Origin: a virus
Lineage: Duplodnaviria > Caudoviricetes
IMG/VR virus record: IMGVR_UViG_3300036783_000113
Location: 17,484-81,483 of that record
Direction: 5' to 3' (one strand)
Length of the DNA stretch: 64,000 nt
Positions 36,053 to 47,285 of the stretch are shown here, piece by piece. Numbering within the stretch: position 1 is the first letter of the stretch; each line of letters begins with the position of its first letter. The notes beneath the pieces are model-generated. The model was not told the origin of the DNA and ran no database searches. It worked only from the letters and a program-made list of their open reading frames with translations. Position numbers and translations under genes: made by a program.

Positions 36053-36601
36053 TTAAAATTCAAACGAACTTTGTTGTACTCCTTGTACTGGTTGTGGGTA
36101 AGGTTGCGGCTGTTCTTCAATTTCGACTAACACAAATTTACTACTGAACAAATCATTTAAAGTAGATTCTGAACTTCTCCATAATTCGTTTACTTGTTTT
36201 TCTGAAAACATCAATGAGTTATTAGTGATTTTATAGCAATCAAGTTTCATTTCAGAAGAACTATATCTTTGTACAATTTTACCTTCTTTCATCAATCCAT
36301 AAGCTTGATCCCAATTTAAATATTCAACTTCAACTTCGTAACCGTTATTTAAAGCTATAATCAAATCAATTACATTAACTGGATCAAACAACCAATCGCT
36401 AACAAATTGATCCACACTAAGTAAACTCAATTGATAAGTAATGTGATTCCCTCTAAGAGTATGTTCGTTAAGTTCTATTCTTTCTGCTACGAATTTAGGA
36501 ATTTTAACTTTACTCATTTCATTTCCCCCATGTTTTAATTTGTTTTCCAAATTGTTATTATTTTCGTTAGCGATGATTGATGTCATTTGCTTTCTCTCCA
36601 T
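36053..36601 (-). CDS. DUF1642-like hypothetical protein
   Basis: KVKIPKFVAE...A..NGYEVE; the start may be at 36517. Confidence 0.55.
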   Translation of the reverse strand: MERKQMTSIIANENNNNLENKLKHGGNEMSKVKIPKFVAERIELNEHTLRGNHITYQLSLLSVDQFVSDWLFDPVNVIDLIIALNNGYEVEVEYLNWDQAYGLMKEGKIVQRYSSSEMKLDCYKITNNSLMFSEKQVNELWRSSESTLNDLFSSKFVLVEIEEQPQPYPQPVQGVQQSSFEF

Positions 36602-36640
36602 TCTGTAATTAGTTTAGTGACTTCGTATACACTATTTTCT

Positions 36641-36904
36641 TTAGTCATTGATTTTCACCTCTTTTTCGTTACGAAGAACAATTTTAGTTGTAGTAATTTC
36701 GATTAACGTTCCTTTTAATAATTTGGCTATTTGACTTGCTACAATGTAAGTTTGGAATGAAACAGAATTAAATTCAGAACCTAAATTATAATCATGTATT
36801 TTTATTACTTCTGTACCAGTGTATTTACAACTTCTAACGAAATGTTCTCCTACTTTAATTTTATAATTAACCTCAACCTTATTTTCAATTACTTTGTTTT
36901 CCAT
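36641..36904 (-). CDS. Hypothetical protein
   Basis: GGGGG RBS. Confidence 0.55.
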   Translation of the reverse strand: MENKVIENKVEVNYKIKVGEHFVRSCKYTGTEVIKIHDYNLGSEFNSVSFQTYIVASQIAKLLKGTLIEITTTKIVLRNEKEVKIND

Positions 36905-36924
36905 TTTAATATCCCCCTTTTTTA

Positions 36925-37863
36925 TTATTCAGCAACCTGAAGACCGATACGCGGTAACTTAACTTCGTCATCATAAAATCTTAATTTAAAACTATCCGGT
37001 GTGAAATCATAGAAGCTAGTTACTTTAGGATCAATCCATAATTCAGGTGTTCTATATGTTTCATTTTGCATTTGGCCAAGCATAGGCATTAAATGTCTGT
37101 CATAAACGTGTATGTTATCGATGTTGAATACTAAACTACCAACCTTTAAACCTGTAACTTGCGCAATCATACACTGTAGAACGTAATATTGAAATACATT
37201 GAATGGTTGTCCTAAACCTAAATCATTAGAACGAACATTGACTGTAAGGTGTAATTCTCCACGTTGAGTTTGCCAATGAGTTTCATACACACAAGGCTCA
37301 AGACTCATATTATCTAAGTCTTCAACACACCATAACGTAGTTTTAATACGGCGTGAAGTTGGATTTTGAATTAATTCGTTGATAAGGCAATCAACTTGAT
37401 CCAACATTATATAGTTACCCTTTTCATCTTTTCCGTGAACATAAATATATTCACGTCTAATTTTAAGTTCGTCAGGATTTTTATAATAAAACTTTCTTTT
37501 TTTATTAGCTAATTGCCAACCATAAGCTTTACCAATTGTTCCGTCAGGTAGTTCCCATTCTGACCATACAGTTTTCTGAGTTCCATTTAACTTTCGTAAA
37601 ACGTTGACATTGTTAGATTTATAAACCCAAATCCAAAACATTTCTTTAATCGCTAATTTCCAGTATACATACTTAGAAGTTAAGATTGGTACAGCTCCAC
37701 TTTCAAAACGTAGCTGCTTATTTAAATATTCAATGGTATGCGCTGGTGTAAGGAATTCTCCATCCCTCCACCGCGCTCTTACATCTTGTCCAGTAGTTGG
37801 ACACCCTTCATTAAGTATTTGCCAAAATTGTTCTTCATACAGTCTATCGTAATGTGTTGTCAT
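36925..37863 (-). CDS. thyA: Thymidylate synthase
   Basis: IGKAYG, SRR, LEPC, RSNDL.LG.PFN, HVYDRH. Confidence 0.95.
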   Translation of the reverse strand: MTTHYDRLYEEQFWQILNEGCPTTGQDVRARWRDGEFLTPAHTIEYLNKQLRFESGAVPILTSKYVYWKLAIKEMFWIWVYKSNNVNVLRKLNGTQKTVWSEWELPDGTIGKAYGWQLANKKRKFYYKNPDELKIRREYIYVHGKDEKGNYIMLDQVDCLINELIQNPTSRRIKTTLWCVEDLDNMSLEPCVYETHWQTQRGELHLTVNVRSNDLGLGQPFNVFQYYVLQCMIAQVTGLKVGSLVFNIDNIHVYDRHLMPMLGQMQNETYRTPELWIDPKVTSFYDFTPDSFKLRFYDDEVKLPRIGLQVAE

Positions 37864-37875
37864 TGTTGTTCCTCC

Positions 37876-38061
37876 TTAAATGTTAGCTTTCAATTCTAGT
37901 TTTAAATCGCCGTGTTCCCATTCTTGCACACGATAATTTTGTTGTGACTTAACTTTAATTTCAATTTTATCTAAAGGTATGTGAGCATTTATCTTTCTTT
38001 CTAAATCATCTTGGATTAGTTGTTTAATTTGTTGAGAGTCGTAAGAAACTTCAATTTCCAT
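37876..38061 (-). CDS. Hypothetical protein
   Basis: Operon-packed ORF. Confidence 0.5.
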   Translation of the reverse strand: MEIEVSYDSQQIKQLIQDDLERKINAHIPLDKIEIKVKSQQNYRVQEWEHGDLKLELKANI

Positions 38062-38312
38062 TATAGATACACCCCTTCGTAAATACTCAATACTTCGTGC
38101 ATTAGATCAGCGAATGTTTTATCTTTATTTAACTCTTCATTTAATTTTTCATCAATTAATTTCCCATCTTCACCGAAAGCTTCACCAAAAATCTTTTCTA
38201 ATCTTTCATCTAAAAGAGGATCGAAACCTTCATAGTCTTTATTAACCGTTTCCCAAACCTTAGAAATGCCAGCTATCAAAATCATCAATTCTGCTTTGCT
38301 AATTTGATTCAC
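38061..38312 (-). CDS. Hypothetical protein
   Basis: Follows the promoter at 38346-38374. Confidence 0.5.
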   Translation of the reverse strand: MNQISKAELMILIAGISKVWETVNKDYEGFDPLLDERLEKIFGEAFGEDGKLIDEKLNEELNKDKTFADLMHEVLSIYEGVYL

Positions 38313-38345
38313 TTTAACTTCAACTCCTTAATAAGTTATGTTTCA

Positions 38346-38374
38346 AATATAAACTATTAATATATGTCCGTCAA
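38346..38374 (-). promoter_or_regulatory. sigmaA early promoter
   Basis: TTGACG-17-TATATT. Confidence 0.7.
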
Positions 38375-38387
38375 TACTTTTTATGAA

Positions 38388-39131
38388 TTATTTTCTATTT
38401 TTTTCTAGGTACATAGGACACGCGTGTTTGAATTGGCAGAAGTTGGAACACCAAAACCAATTGTACGTAGCTGAATAATTGCTATTCTTAATCTTTTCCC
38501 ATTGCGTTTTAACCTTCGCTTTAGCTATTTCTAAGTGTACATCATCAATGATAACTGTACGCGTTTCGTCATGCATAAAGTGGTCGAATTCAAAGATGTC
38601 AGGTTTAACACCAGTCATTAAATAATAAGCTAATGGATAAACATATGGTTGCCACTGTTCGCTCATTTTCTTAGGTGTAAACGGCTTAGATGACTTATAA
38701 TCTCGAATAACTATCTTACCGTATTCATTTCTATAAGCTAAGTCAATAAAGCCGTATAACTGCGGTACAGCGAAATCAAATCCTACAGTGAATTCTAATT
38801 CTGATCCGATGATTCTGTTTTCTTTTATTAATTGTTGTAACCATCTGAAGCGTTCTATAACGGCCTGTTTACCTTTTTGGTAGTATTCGGCACGTTTATC
38901 TTCAGGAACTTCACAAACTGGAAACCCTACATCGAAAGCTGCTACAGCTTGATATTCTTGAGTTATAATACCTTTAGCTATTTTCTCTTTAACATCATGA
39001 CAATGTTTGCCAAACGCTCCATACCACGTTACGACTGGCGCTATAATATTTGTACCTTCTACATAATCGAATTTAAAGCTTAACGCGCATACATCAATTA
39101 AAGTTAACCTTGATGACGATAAATATTTCAT
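38388..39131 (-). CDS. PD-(D/E)XK Cas4/RecB-like nuclease
   Basis: SEL.F, GFIDL, IRDYKS; Cys cluster C...WCSNFCQFKHAC. Confidence 0.85.
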   Translation of the reverse strand: MKYLSSSRLTLIDVCALSFKFDYVEGTNIIAPVVTWYGAFGKHCHDVKEKIAKGIITQEYQAVAAFDVGFPVCEVPEDKRAEYYQKGKQAVIERFRWLQQLIKENRIIGSELEFTVGFDFAVPQLYGFIDLAYRNEYGKIVIRDYKSSKPFTPKKMSEQWQPYVYPLAYYLMTGVKPDIFEFDHFMHDETRTVIIDDVHLEIAKAKVKTQWEKIKNSNYSATYNWFWCSNFCQFKHACPMYLEKNRK

Positions 39132-39164
39132 AATCTAAATCATCCCTTTCCGATGAATAGCCAT

Positions 39165-39350
39165 TTATTTTTTCTTGCATTTTTCATGAGCTAATCCGAA
39201 CCCTACAGACAATGCAATTGCATATTGAATCCACATAGGAGTAAATGCTAATCCGATTGATGCTATTAAAACAACCATAAACCCTAAAATTATAAGTGTT
39301 GAATACCATAATCCTTTAATTAAGAAATCCATTTTATTCATTAGGTTCAA
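39165..39350 (-). CDS. Small membrane protein
   Basis: Two hydrophobic segments. Confidence 0.5.
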   Translation of the reverse strand: MNLMNKMDFLIKGLWYSTLIILGFMVVLIASIGLAFTPMWIQYAIALSVGFGLAHEKCKKK

Positions 39351-39632
39351 CCTCCCTTGTTACTTCTTCAATTTCAAAACCTGTAGTTGATATATCTCCC
39401 CATAAATGAGATTTTATAAGCGACAATATTTCTGAAGCATCCCTTGAATTCGATGATATTTTAATAGTTATAGAATTCATTTTGTTTTCTCCTTTGCTAA
39501 TTCATAAATTTTTAGTTTGATGAATTTTCTTCTGAAGTGAAATTGTTTGTTAATATAGTCTTCAAGTTCTTTTAATGTTTCAAATTCATCCCATAAGTCT
39601 TCAACTAATGTTTCTAAATTGTGATAAGCCAT
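39334..39632 (-). CDS. Two small coupled ORFs (39477-39632, 51 aa; 39334-39480, 48 aa)
   Basis: Each has an RBS; ATGA overlap; read by hand. Confidence 0.4.
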
Positions 39633-39643
39633 ATTACCACCCC

Positions 39644-40000
39644 TTAATATCTAATCACACGTAAATCTAACTTATAAGCTTCAGCAATGTCAATCATATT
39701 ACGTGTGCCATGACTTGAACCATCCCAAAAACAAATACAAGCATCTGCATATTGAGCCATTTCTTTATTTCGTTTAGCTCCTGCTTTATCACCGAATTCA
39801 GTCCAATTAGCCGGAAATTGTTTTATAGGCATGTTATTTTCTTTAGCATACCATTCTCCTAATTGATCTGCTCCTTCAGCTGTACCACTCACAATTTCAA
39901 TATCACGTTTATCTAAAGTTACGAATAAATGGTTAAGCATCGATTTTAATTTTCCGTAATCAGTAAACTTTCTTCCTCCTGCTACAATAATTTTCATCAT
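39644..40000 (-). CDS. SLOG-family protein (DUF2493-like)
   Basis: IIVAGGR, VSGTAEGAD, AG.KRN..MA, FWDGSSHGT.NMI. Confidence 0.85.
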   Translation of the reverse strand: MMKIIVAGGRKFTDYGKLKSMLNHLFVTLDKRDIEIVSGTAEGADQLGEWYAKENNMPIKQFPANWTEFGDKAGAKRNKEMAQYADACICFWDGSSHGTRNMIDIAEAYKLDLRVIRY

Positions 40001-40003
40001 CTG

Positions 40004-40354
40004 TTATTCCCCCTTTTTGAATCCTAATGGATAAAAGTCTTTTGTTGCTTTAGGTTTAACTTCTAATAAAGTCTTAGTTAAGTCTTCATTCCATTTATAT
40101 AGATACACACCGTATGTCAAACCGTTTCTAAAATACTTTTTACTGAAATATTCATTCATTTTATTCCTTGCTGCTTTTTCAGAGCCAAACCTAGCAGAAC
40201 TACCACCACTGTAAGAACTAATTACAGCTACATATGGTTTTTCTAAACGGTCAATATTAGTTAATTGATGTTCAACTAAATTCAATTCCCTTTCTAATTC
40301 TTCTTTACGCGATAATAACATTTGTTTTTCTAACTTTAATTTTTCCTTATCCAT
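40004..40354 (-). CDS. Hypothetical protein
   Basis: N-terminal coiled coil; GGGGG RBS before ATG 40354. Confidence 0.5.
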   Translation of the reverse strand: MDKEKLKLEKQMLLSRKEELERELNLVEHQLTNIDRLEKPYVAVISSYSGGSSARFGSEKAARNKMNEYFSKKYFRNGLTYGVYLYKWNEDLTKTLLEVKPKATKDFYPLGFKKGE

Positions 40355-40365
40355 CTTAATTCCCC

Positions 40366-41388
40366 CTATTGATACCATTTTGCATTTTTTAAACACAAGT
40401 TGAATGTCTCTATGTTACAGTCACTCGCGTCCCCTATAAATGGCGGCATCGTACACCATACTTTACAACCTTTGCTTTTTAATCTTGCTGCTGTCTTCAT
40501 AGCTGCTACTTGTCCAGCCTGACTCTCATCATCATCATGATCCGCAAACAATAACACATCAACCCCTAGTGAAGCTATTAAATTCAATTGTCTTTCGGTT
40601 ACAGAAGTACCCATTGTAGCTACGAAGTTATGATGTCCGTATTGGAATGCTCGCCAAACGTTTCCGCAAGACTCTACAACACCAATCCATCTTTTCTCCC
40701 TAGCGTACAGACTAGCTGTAAAATAATTATATAATGTGAGATTAGCTGATTGCCCTTGTTGAGTAGAACCGAACATATACTTAGGATTAACATTATCATC
40801 GGTTGTACGCCCTTGAATGGCCACAAGACGATTCTGTTCATCAAATACAGGATGTACAATTCTATCTTTAAGTGAACCATTGTATGGATAATAACCAAGC
40901 ATAAATTGTTTAGCTACTTCAGGTGTGTAACCTCTATTAGCCCAATACGGATGTAAACAGAATTGAATAGCGTTTCCAATATTAGGATCAATCGGTACTG
41001 GTTCAGCGATTTCTTGATTCTCATAATTAAAACCTTCAATCCATCCATCGTTGATTTGTTTGTCCATTTCTTTGCCGCTTGCAAATGACATCCAACCGAT
41101 TGCATCTTGGAAACTATGTCCACAATGTTTAGTTATAAACTCAAGTAAATCAATATTAGAAAATGTCTTATGCGTGAAATCTGTAATACGGAACTTTTCA
41201 TCGTCGTAATTATAAGTCGCTGCACAACCATTTGGATTATCTCCACCGCGAAAGAACGCTGGAAATCTCCAATCAGAACGATTTTTATTCATTGGTCTTA
41301 ATAGTTTAGAGGGGCAACCTAAGAAGGTGAAGAGTACCCCTATATCAACTGTTTTATTTAAATGTGCGATTTCATCTTTTGTAATCAT
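40366..41388 (-). CDS. DNA primase (DnaG/TOPRIM)
   Basis: RIVHPV, QGR, KY, VVES, FADHD; adjacent to the helicase. Confidence 0.85.
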   Translation of the reverse strand: MITKDEIAHLNKTVDIGVLFTFLGCPSKLLRPMNKNRSDWRFPAFFRGGDNPNGCAATYNYDDEKFRITDFTHKTFSNIDLLEFITKHCGHSFQDAIGWMSFASGKEMDKQINDGWIEGFNYENQEIAEPVPIDPNIGNAIQFCLHPYWANRGYTPEVAKQFMLGYYPYNGSLKDRIVHPVFDEQNRLVAIQGRTTDDNVNPKYMFGSTQQGQSANLTLYNYFTASLYAREKRWIGVVESCGNVWRAFQYGHHNFVATMGTSVTERQLNLIASLGVDVLLFADHDDDESQAGQVAAMKTAARLKSKGCKVWCTMPPFIGDASDCNIETFNLCLKNAKWYQ

Positions 41389-41406
41389 ACAATCACCCCT
41401 CTAATT

Positions 41407-42765
41407 TTATACACCTTTAATTTTACCGTCAGCCCAACCTAATTCTCTTACACTATGAATATTCTGTTGGAAATCAAACGATATAGCTTTACCAATTAAG
41501 TTTTGGTCAACTTTACGACCTGTAGTTAATACTAATTCATGAGTACCTTGTTTCATTGGGTCACTCTTATCTCTTAAATACAAGAAGCAAATAACATCGG
41601 CTAACTTACCAAAGTGTGATGTCTCCCAAAACTTCCACTTCTTCGTTTGTTCATTAATGATAGCTTGTCCTGAAGTTATAACAGGTATTTTACATTGCTT
41701 TGCTATCTTTTCTTTCAATGTATCAATCTTAGCTGCCATAACTAAATCCGTACGACCTACATCAATTTCGTGAGATTGTATTTTAACATAATCGTAGACG
41801 AATAGTTGTATGTTGTACTTTAACTGTAACTCTTTAACTTTACTTTCTAACTTACCATTGTCCATCATGTTTGCATTGAAATAATACAACGGCAATGTTT
41901 CTATTTCTTCCCACGCTTTATTTACTAATTGTTCTTGTATTTCATTAAGTGTATCGTTAGAAATTGAATCTTCAGGAACACCTGATATTTTAGATGCTAT
42001 ACGAAGTAAGATTTCTTCTTCAGTCATTTCGGTATCAGCATAAGCTACAGGTATTCCATATGTTCTAGCTAAGAAGATAGCTATTTCTAACATGAAAGAT
42101 GACTTACCTACCTTTTCAGGCGCTCCAATAACGTACAACGCTGCTGGACGTAATGCCTTGAACATTTGATTAAGAAGTGGAAACTTTTCAGCTATACTTA
42201 TACCAGCTGATTCTTTACTCTTAATCGATTCACGAACTCGTTGTACCTTAGAACCGATTTTCTTAACTTCTTCATCATTATCTAAGTTGGATCGTAATGC
42301 GTAAACATTTTCTTTTATTCTTTCATCAATAGCTTGTACATCAATGAATTCTTGACCGCTTTCGGAATCATAATTAGTTTCTGCATAAGCAATAACTTTA
42401 TTCGCTGTTACGATAGCGTTTCTTCTGTAAGTGTAACTTTTCAACATCTTAACTTGAGCTTCAATCGAAGGAGTTTCCGGCATAGAACTATCACGGAATG
42501 AACTTTCAATCATATAAGTTCCACCAGCATCCATAAATTTCTGATGATCCCCTTTTCTTTCAGCTTCAAGTAATGTCATGATACCTTCAGCACTAATGCC
42601 TCCACTTGCCGCTACTCTCAACATTGCTCCAAACATAATACGATTGTTATTATCCACGAAATCATTAGGCTTTAACTTTTGAGCGATTTCAGGAATCATT
42701 GTTTCACGATTGTACATAACTTTTAAAATATAAAATTCTGTTGAATGACTATGAAGTCCAGCCAA
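41407..42765 (-). CDS. Replicative DNA helicase (DnaB-like)
   Basis: GAPEKVGKS, DTEM..EEI, VYDY, LAD.I.FL. Confidence 0.9.
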   Translation of the reverse strand: MAGLHSHSTEFYILKVMYNRETMIPEIAQKLKPNDFVDNNNRIMFGAMLRVAASGGISAEGIMTLLEAERKGDHQKFMDAGGTYMIESSFRDSSMPETPSIEAQVKMLKSYTYRRNAIVTANKVIAYAETNYDSESGQEFIDVQAIDERIKENVYALRSNLDNDEEVKKIGSKVQRVRESIKSKESAGISIAEKFPLLNQMFKALRPAALYVIGAPEKVGKSSFMLEIAIFLARTYGIPVAYADTEMTEEEILLRIASKISGVPEDSISNDTLNEIQEQLVNKAWEEIETLPLYYFNANMMDNGKLESKVKELQLKYNIQLFVYDYVKIQSHEIDVGRTDLVMAAKIDTLKEKIAKQCKIPVITSGQAIINEQTKKWKFWETSHFGKLADVICFLYLRDKSDPMKQGTHELVLTTGRKVDQNLIGKAISFDFQQNIHSVRELGWADGKIKGV

Positions 42766-42770
42766 TTAAC

Positions 42771-43376
42771 TCACCCTCTTGACAATTCATGTTTAAAGTA
42801 ATCCATATGAAGATTGTAATAATTTTCTTTATCTAGATTAGTAATAAGTTGGTCAACCTTTGCATATAAATCTTCTAAAGTACCATTATTAGTAATAACT
42901 AAACCTTTTAAATTAGCTTGTTCGGTTTCTGTTGAATGACCGAATGCTTCCATGTCGATATTACCATCGCGTTCAACTACACGGCTTACACAACTGTCAA
43001 AATCAGCTTCAATCTTAACTGGTAAATAACCTTTTTCTAGATAGTGTGAATACTCGTATGTACGTCTTACATCTGTAATAACGTGCAACGGTTTTTCGTC
43101 TAGTTGGAATGTTTCAGTGTAATTATTGTGGTCTTTGATCCATAACTCAATATCCTTATCTAATAAGTCAATCCATTTAGTTTGGCCACAAATTCCTTTA
43201 ACCTTTTCGCCAATATTAATTAAGTTTGTTTTTGTCATTGGCAAATCAAGTACCGCACAAGTCCGTCTTATTCTATCGGCAAGGGCAAACGTCTTATACT
43301 CATGTCTTGCGTTTAAATGATTAGCAACGGTATCTTTACCGCTGCCGCGTAACCCTAAAATCATAATGTTAGTCAT
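42771..43376 (-). CDS. Deoxynucleoside monophosphate kinase
   Basis: GLRGSGKDT, ITDVR...E, HSTE. Confidence 0.8.
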   Translation of the reverse strand: MTNIMILGLRGSGKDTVANHLNARHEYKTFALADRIRRTCAVLDLPMTKTNLINIGEKVKGICGQTKWIDLLDKDIELWIKDHNNYTETFQLDEKPLHVITDVRRTYEYSHYLEKGYLPVKIEADFDSCVSRVVERDGNIDMEAFGHSTETEQANLKGLVITNNGTLEDLYAKVDQLITNLDKENYYNLHMDYFKHELSRG

Positions 43377-45028
43377 TCTGAAATTCCTCCTTTAATACAA
43401 ACATATCAGCATTTCTACCCCAACTACATCCAGTGCCATCTTGATTAGTGTACAAAATAGACCCTTGCTTCACTCTTGTTACAATACCTTTTGATCCTGA
43501 AGCTTCATTATAAACAAAATCACCTTTCTTTATATAAACTTCACTCGATGGATACCATTTGTAATTAGAATCATTCATGTTAACTTAATTCCTTTAGTTG
43601 CTTTGCGGATATCCATAACAGCCTTTTGGATAAATGTCTTTAACTCTTCAACTGTCGTAACATCGCTACCGATAATTTCTTTGTTTAGAATACCTACACA
43701 AGCTTGTTCTAAGTTAGGGTAGAAACCATCTTCTTTATAACCGATTTCACCAGTTTTCTTACCTTCTTTATCTTCTTTCTCGTAACGTTTTTCAATAACT
43801 ACATTCAATGGTTTAGTTGTGATACGATAATTTTCAGTTACTTGTAATTCTTTCATTTTTGCTCACTCTCCAATTTCGAAATAATTTCATCTATTTTATC
43901 AATTACTTTTTCTTTTCGTTCTGAACCACATGAATCATCGTTAATTTCTTGCAATTCATGAATTAAGTCTTTGTAATTAATAAGGACTCCGACCTCTTCA
44001 TGAAGGACTTTTAATTCTTTTAAATCAATTTCGTTAATATAAGCAACTTCTAATTCATTTAATTCTTTTTCTGTAGCGCCCATTTCGACTAAAATATGGC
44101 CAACGGCACACATACATTTACCGTGATTAGTTGTATCTGAAATGTAATAACAATCAACTAAATATTCAGCTGTTTCAATACGATTTCTAGCACCTTTTAA
44201 AATTTCGATTAAATCCATTTTATTTTTCCCCCTTGTTAACTGTATTTAAAATATAAAACATAGCTGACATGAAAATTATAAATCCTAAAAGCATTAAGTA
44301 CCATTCGTCGTTAGCGAAAAAAATTCCTGATCCTAAACCGTAAACTAATAATCCGCATGTTACTTTAAAGCTTTTATTCATTTAACTTCACCGTACCCTT
44401 CCAAAAAGTAAGTTGTAACTTGTCCACTTAAATTTTCGCACATTTTATCGAAATTATCTTTACCTTTAGCTTCGTGTGGCATCTTAACTAATCCAGCTCT
44501 TTTGTCTACGTAAGTATCTTCTTTTTCAACCCACGGTAATAAAGTTCCGATACCTGCTGTTACGTTTGTTAATTCGCTTTTCATTTTAAATTCCCCCTTT
44601 TACCATTCGTTAAGGTTTAACCATGCTGGCGTTTGTTCCTTAACCTTGTCCTTATTGTAATCTGTATTACCGTATTTTACAATGCTTTCAGGTAAAATTT
44701 CTTCAACTTTATTTAAGTTATGTTGCTCACTACGTCTTCTAATCTTCCAATATTCTAAACTCTTAGGAAGACAATCATAACCTAAACTAGCCATTACACG
44801 CATTTTCCAACCCATCATAGAAGCGTATTCAATCGCATCCATAATGATTGCTTCAACAGATAAATCCGTTACAACGTTGTTATCTTCAATGTATTGTTTA
44901 ACATCTTTCTTTAATGTTTTAGATAGATATATTCCCATCATACGTTTCTCACCTTGTGTAAAAGGTTTGTCACCTTCAAACTTTTTAATAAATGAATCAG
45001 TAATATCACGATTAGTTATACGTGCCAA
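43369..45028 (-). CDS. Run of hypothetical early ORFs (43369-43578, 43575-43856 DUF5405-like, 43853-44218, 44220-44381, 44378-44584, 44600-45028)
   Basis: Tightly packed and overlapping stops/starts with RBSs. Confidence 0.5.
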
Positions 45029-45040
45029 TTTAATTCCTCC

Positions 45041-46037
45041 TTAGTAAAATGAAAGTTGAACTAATTCGATTATAACTTGTTTGCTTTTGTCGTATTGGAT
45101 TCGATTAATAATTCCTTCTAACATAGTTAAGTTACGCGCTTCTAATTCGTAGGTCGTCCATTTGTTTCCTACATAACATTCAATGTGGTAATTATTCATA
45201 AACACTAACCTCCTTATGATCCCTTTCCATAGAATAGCCTTTAATATTTCTTCAACATCGCCCCACTTGTAACCCAATTACGGAAGACACTTCTTCTTAC
45301 TCCTGTAGTTGTGCCTCTTTTAATGTCTGTCTTCGTTTTATAATACATGTAGAAAGCATCGAAACCAACAATTGTTTTTTCACGATTACCTTTAACCCAC
45401 GTTTGACCTACAGCTAAATTACCTCTAAATTCAGTTCCGTCAGTATAAGTTACCATCGTTAATGCCCAACTCCTTTTCCCATCTAATTTGCCACTGTTGT
45501 AAACATAGTTCAAAGTCCTTTAAACATGATACAGGGAAACTATCACCTGATTTATGTGTGCTTGTACTCCAAACTTCAAGGTGTCTAAATTCAAAGTTGT
45601 ACATCATTCCTATACCTATATTTTCTAACCCTATAGAATGTGGTGTTTTGTTTGTTAATCTAAATCCCCATTGGTCGCACCATTTCTTTTTAATTAAACA
45701 CGCTTCAGGTTTAACTATCAACCCTCTTTTCAATAAATCATTAGCTAAGTCATCCCTCATTTCACGCCAAACTTTCCAATTCGATTCAATACGTTTCATC
45801 CTAAACATCCCCTTTTAGGCAAAATTAAAGAAGGGTAAGTTAATACCCCTCTTATTTAGTTTTTATAACCAATAACATTCCGAATATAGATGCTAACATT
45901 CCATACATAGCTTCATCTGTATTACCTTGAAGGAACGATACACTAGCTGCACAAGCTATTATTAGTGATATTAACTCCATCAAATGAGGATAAATCTTGT
46001 CCCAAACTTTCTCTTTCCAAGCGATTAACTTTTTCAT
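45041..46037 (-). CDS. Run of hypothetical early ORFs (45041-45199, 45241-45456, 45440-45808, 45852-46037)
   Basis: RBS-supported starts; operon packing. Confidence 0.45.
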
Positions 46038-46038
46038 A

Positions 46039-46779
46039 TTATAACTCCCTCTTTTCTAATTCTTCAAATTTAGGATTCATTGTATCTTCTTTAAAGATAG
46101 TTTCAATAACTTTAATGACCGGATGACGTTGTACTTCAGTTAAATGAACATGGTCAAAATATTCTCCATTAGGATCATGTTTGTAAAGGCCATTCAAGAA
46201 TGTATAGAATCCATTATCCTTGCTGCTACGTAATGACTTTTCGTCGATTTGAGAGAAGTTACCCATGATAACATATTTAGAATTAGAACCAATACGAGTT
46301 GTAATTCCATGCATCGTAGAGTTATCAATGTTTTGGGATTCATCAATCATAACGTAAGTGCTATGTTTTGTAGAACCGCGCATCGTTTGAATAGGATCAA
46401 AGAATATTTGTTTCTTGGAATTTAATTTAGAATCATTTTCTTCACCAAAGAAGATGTAGTCTTTAATATTCTTAACTCCTTCTTGGTCACTCATTACTTC
46501 TAAGTTATCCAAGAATGGAGCGATGAAAGGAAGTGTTTTAGCGTTAACATCACCTGTAAGATAACCTAATTCTTTACCCATTTGAACTTGTAAACGAGTA
46601 TAAATCATCTTTCTGAAGTCTTTTCTTTCGAACGTCTTTTCAAGACCTACAGCTTGTGCTAAAAGTGTTTTTCCTGTTCCGGCTTCACCAGTAAGTATAG
46701 TAAATGGTTTCTTGCTATTTAAGGCTCTAAGTGCTGCTTTCTGTCTTTCGTCTTGTCCTACGATTCCCCAAAACGGCAT
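46039..46779 (-). CDS. phoH: PhoH-family ATPase
   Basis: GEAGTGKTLLA, LGYL.GD, MRG, IDESQN, TRIG..SK.VIMG...QID. Confidence 0.92.
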   Translation of the reverse strand: MPFWGIVGQDERQKAALRALNSKKPFTILTGEAGTGKTLLAQAVGLEKTFERKDFRKMIYTRLQVQMGKELGYLTGDVNAKTLPFIAPFLDNLEVMSDQEGVKNIKDYIFFGEENDSKLNSKKQIFFDPIQTMRGSTKHSTYVMIDESQNIDNSTMHGITTRIGSNSKYVIMGNFSQIDEKSLRSSKDNGFYTFLNGLYKHDPNGEYFDHVHLTEVQRHPVIKVIETIFKEDTMNPKFEELEKREL

Positions 46780-46791
46780 ATTAACATCCCC

Positions 46792-47280
46792 TTAATCTAA
46801 ATTAGTGTATCTAACTAGTTTAGTACCACCTTTAACTCTATACCATTCAATTTGACATTTAGTGCAATTGGCTGCTTTATAACTTTTATAGAAGTAATTT
46901 TCACCTACAGGCGCTACTTTATCTGAAGTATTGCATTCAGGACAAGTATCGAAATCATCCCAATTAATCGGTTCTTCTTCAGGTTTAACACTTGTATCAA
47001 TTGCGAATCCTGAATCATCGATCAACTCTTTAACTGAACTTCTACTCATTCTTATTTCTTTAGCTATTTCTGAATACGCTATACCGCGAAGGTATCTATC
47101 GACGACTATATCCTTTATTTCTTGTGTATATTTAAAACCTCTCCCCACTGTTGACCTTTGAGTCATTTTGTATTCAGTGAGTCTATCTATTAATTCAGGG
47201 ACACTACAGTTTAAATTAACTGCAATGTCACCTAAAAGTAAACCGTCCGAATACAAATCGATTAACTTGTTTTCATACAC
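46792..47280 (-). CDS. HTH plus zinc-ribbon DNA-binding protein
   Basis: Two HTH-like segments; CPEC...CTKC. Confidence 0.55.
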   Translation of the reverse strand: MYENKLIDLYSDGLLLGDIAVNLNCSVPELIDRLTEYKMTQRSTVGRGFKYTQEIKDIVVDRYLRGIAYSEIAKEIRMSRSSVKELIDDSGFAIDTSVKPEEEPINWDDFDTCPECNTSDKVAPVGENYFYKSYKAANCTKCQIEWYRVKGGTKLVRYTNLD

Positions 47281-47285
47281 TTAAA

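Noticed and set aside
36925-37863. Base-modification enzyme (dCMP/dUMP hydroxymethylase)
   Set aside because: It retains the PFN Asn typical of dUMP-specific ThyA and sits next to DHFR; no modification cluster is visible.
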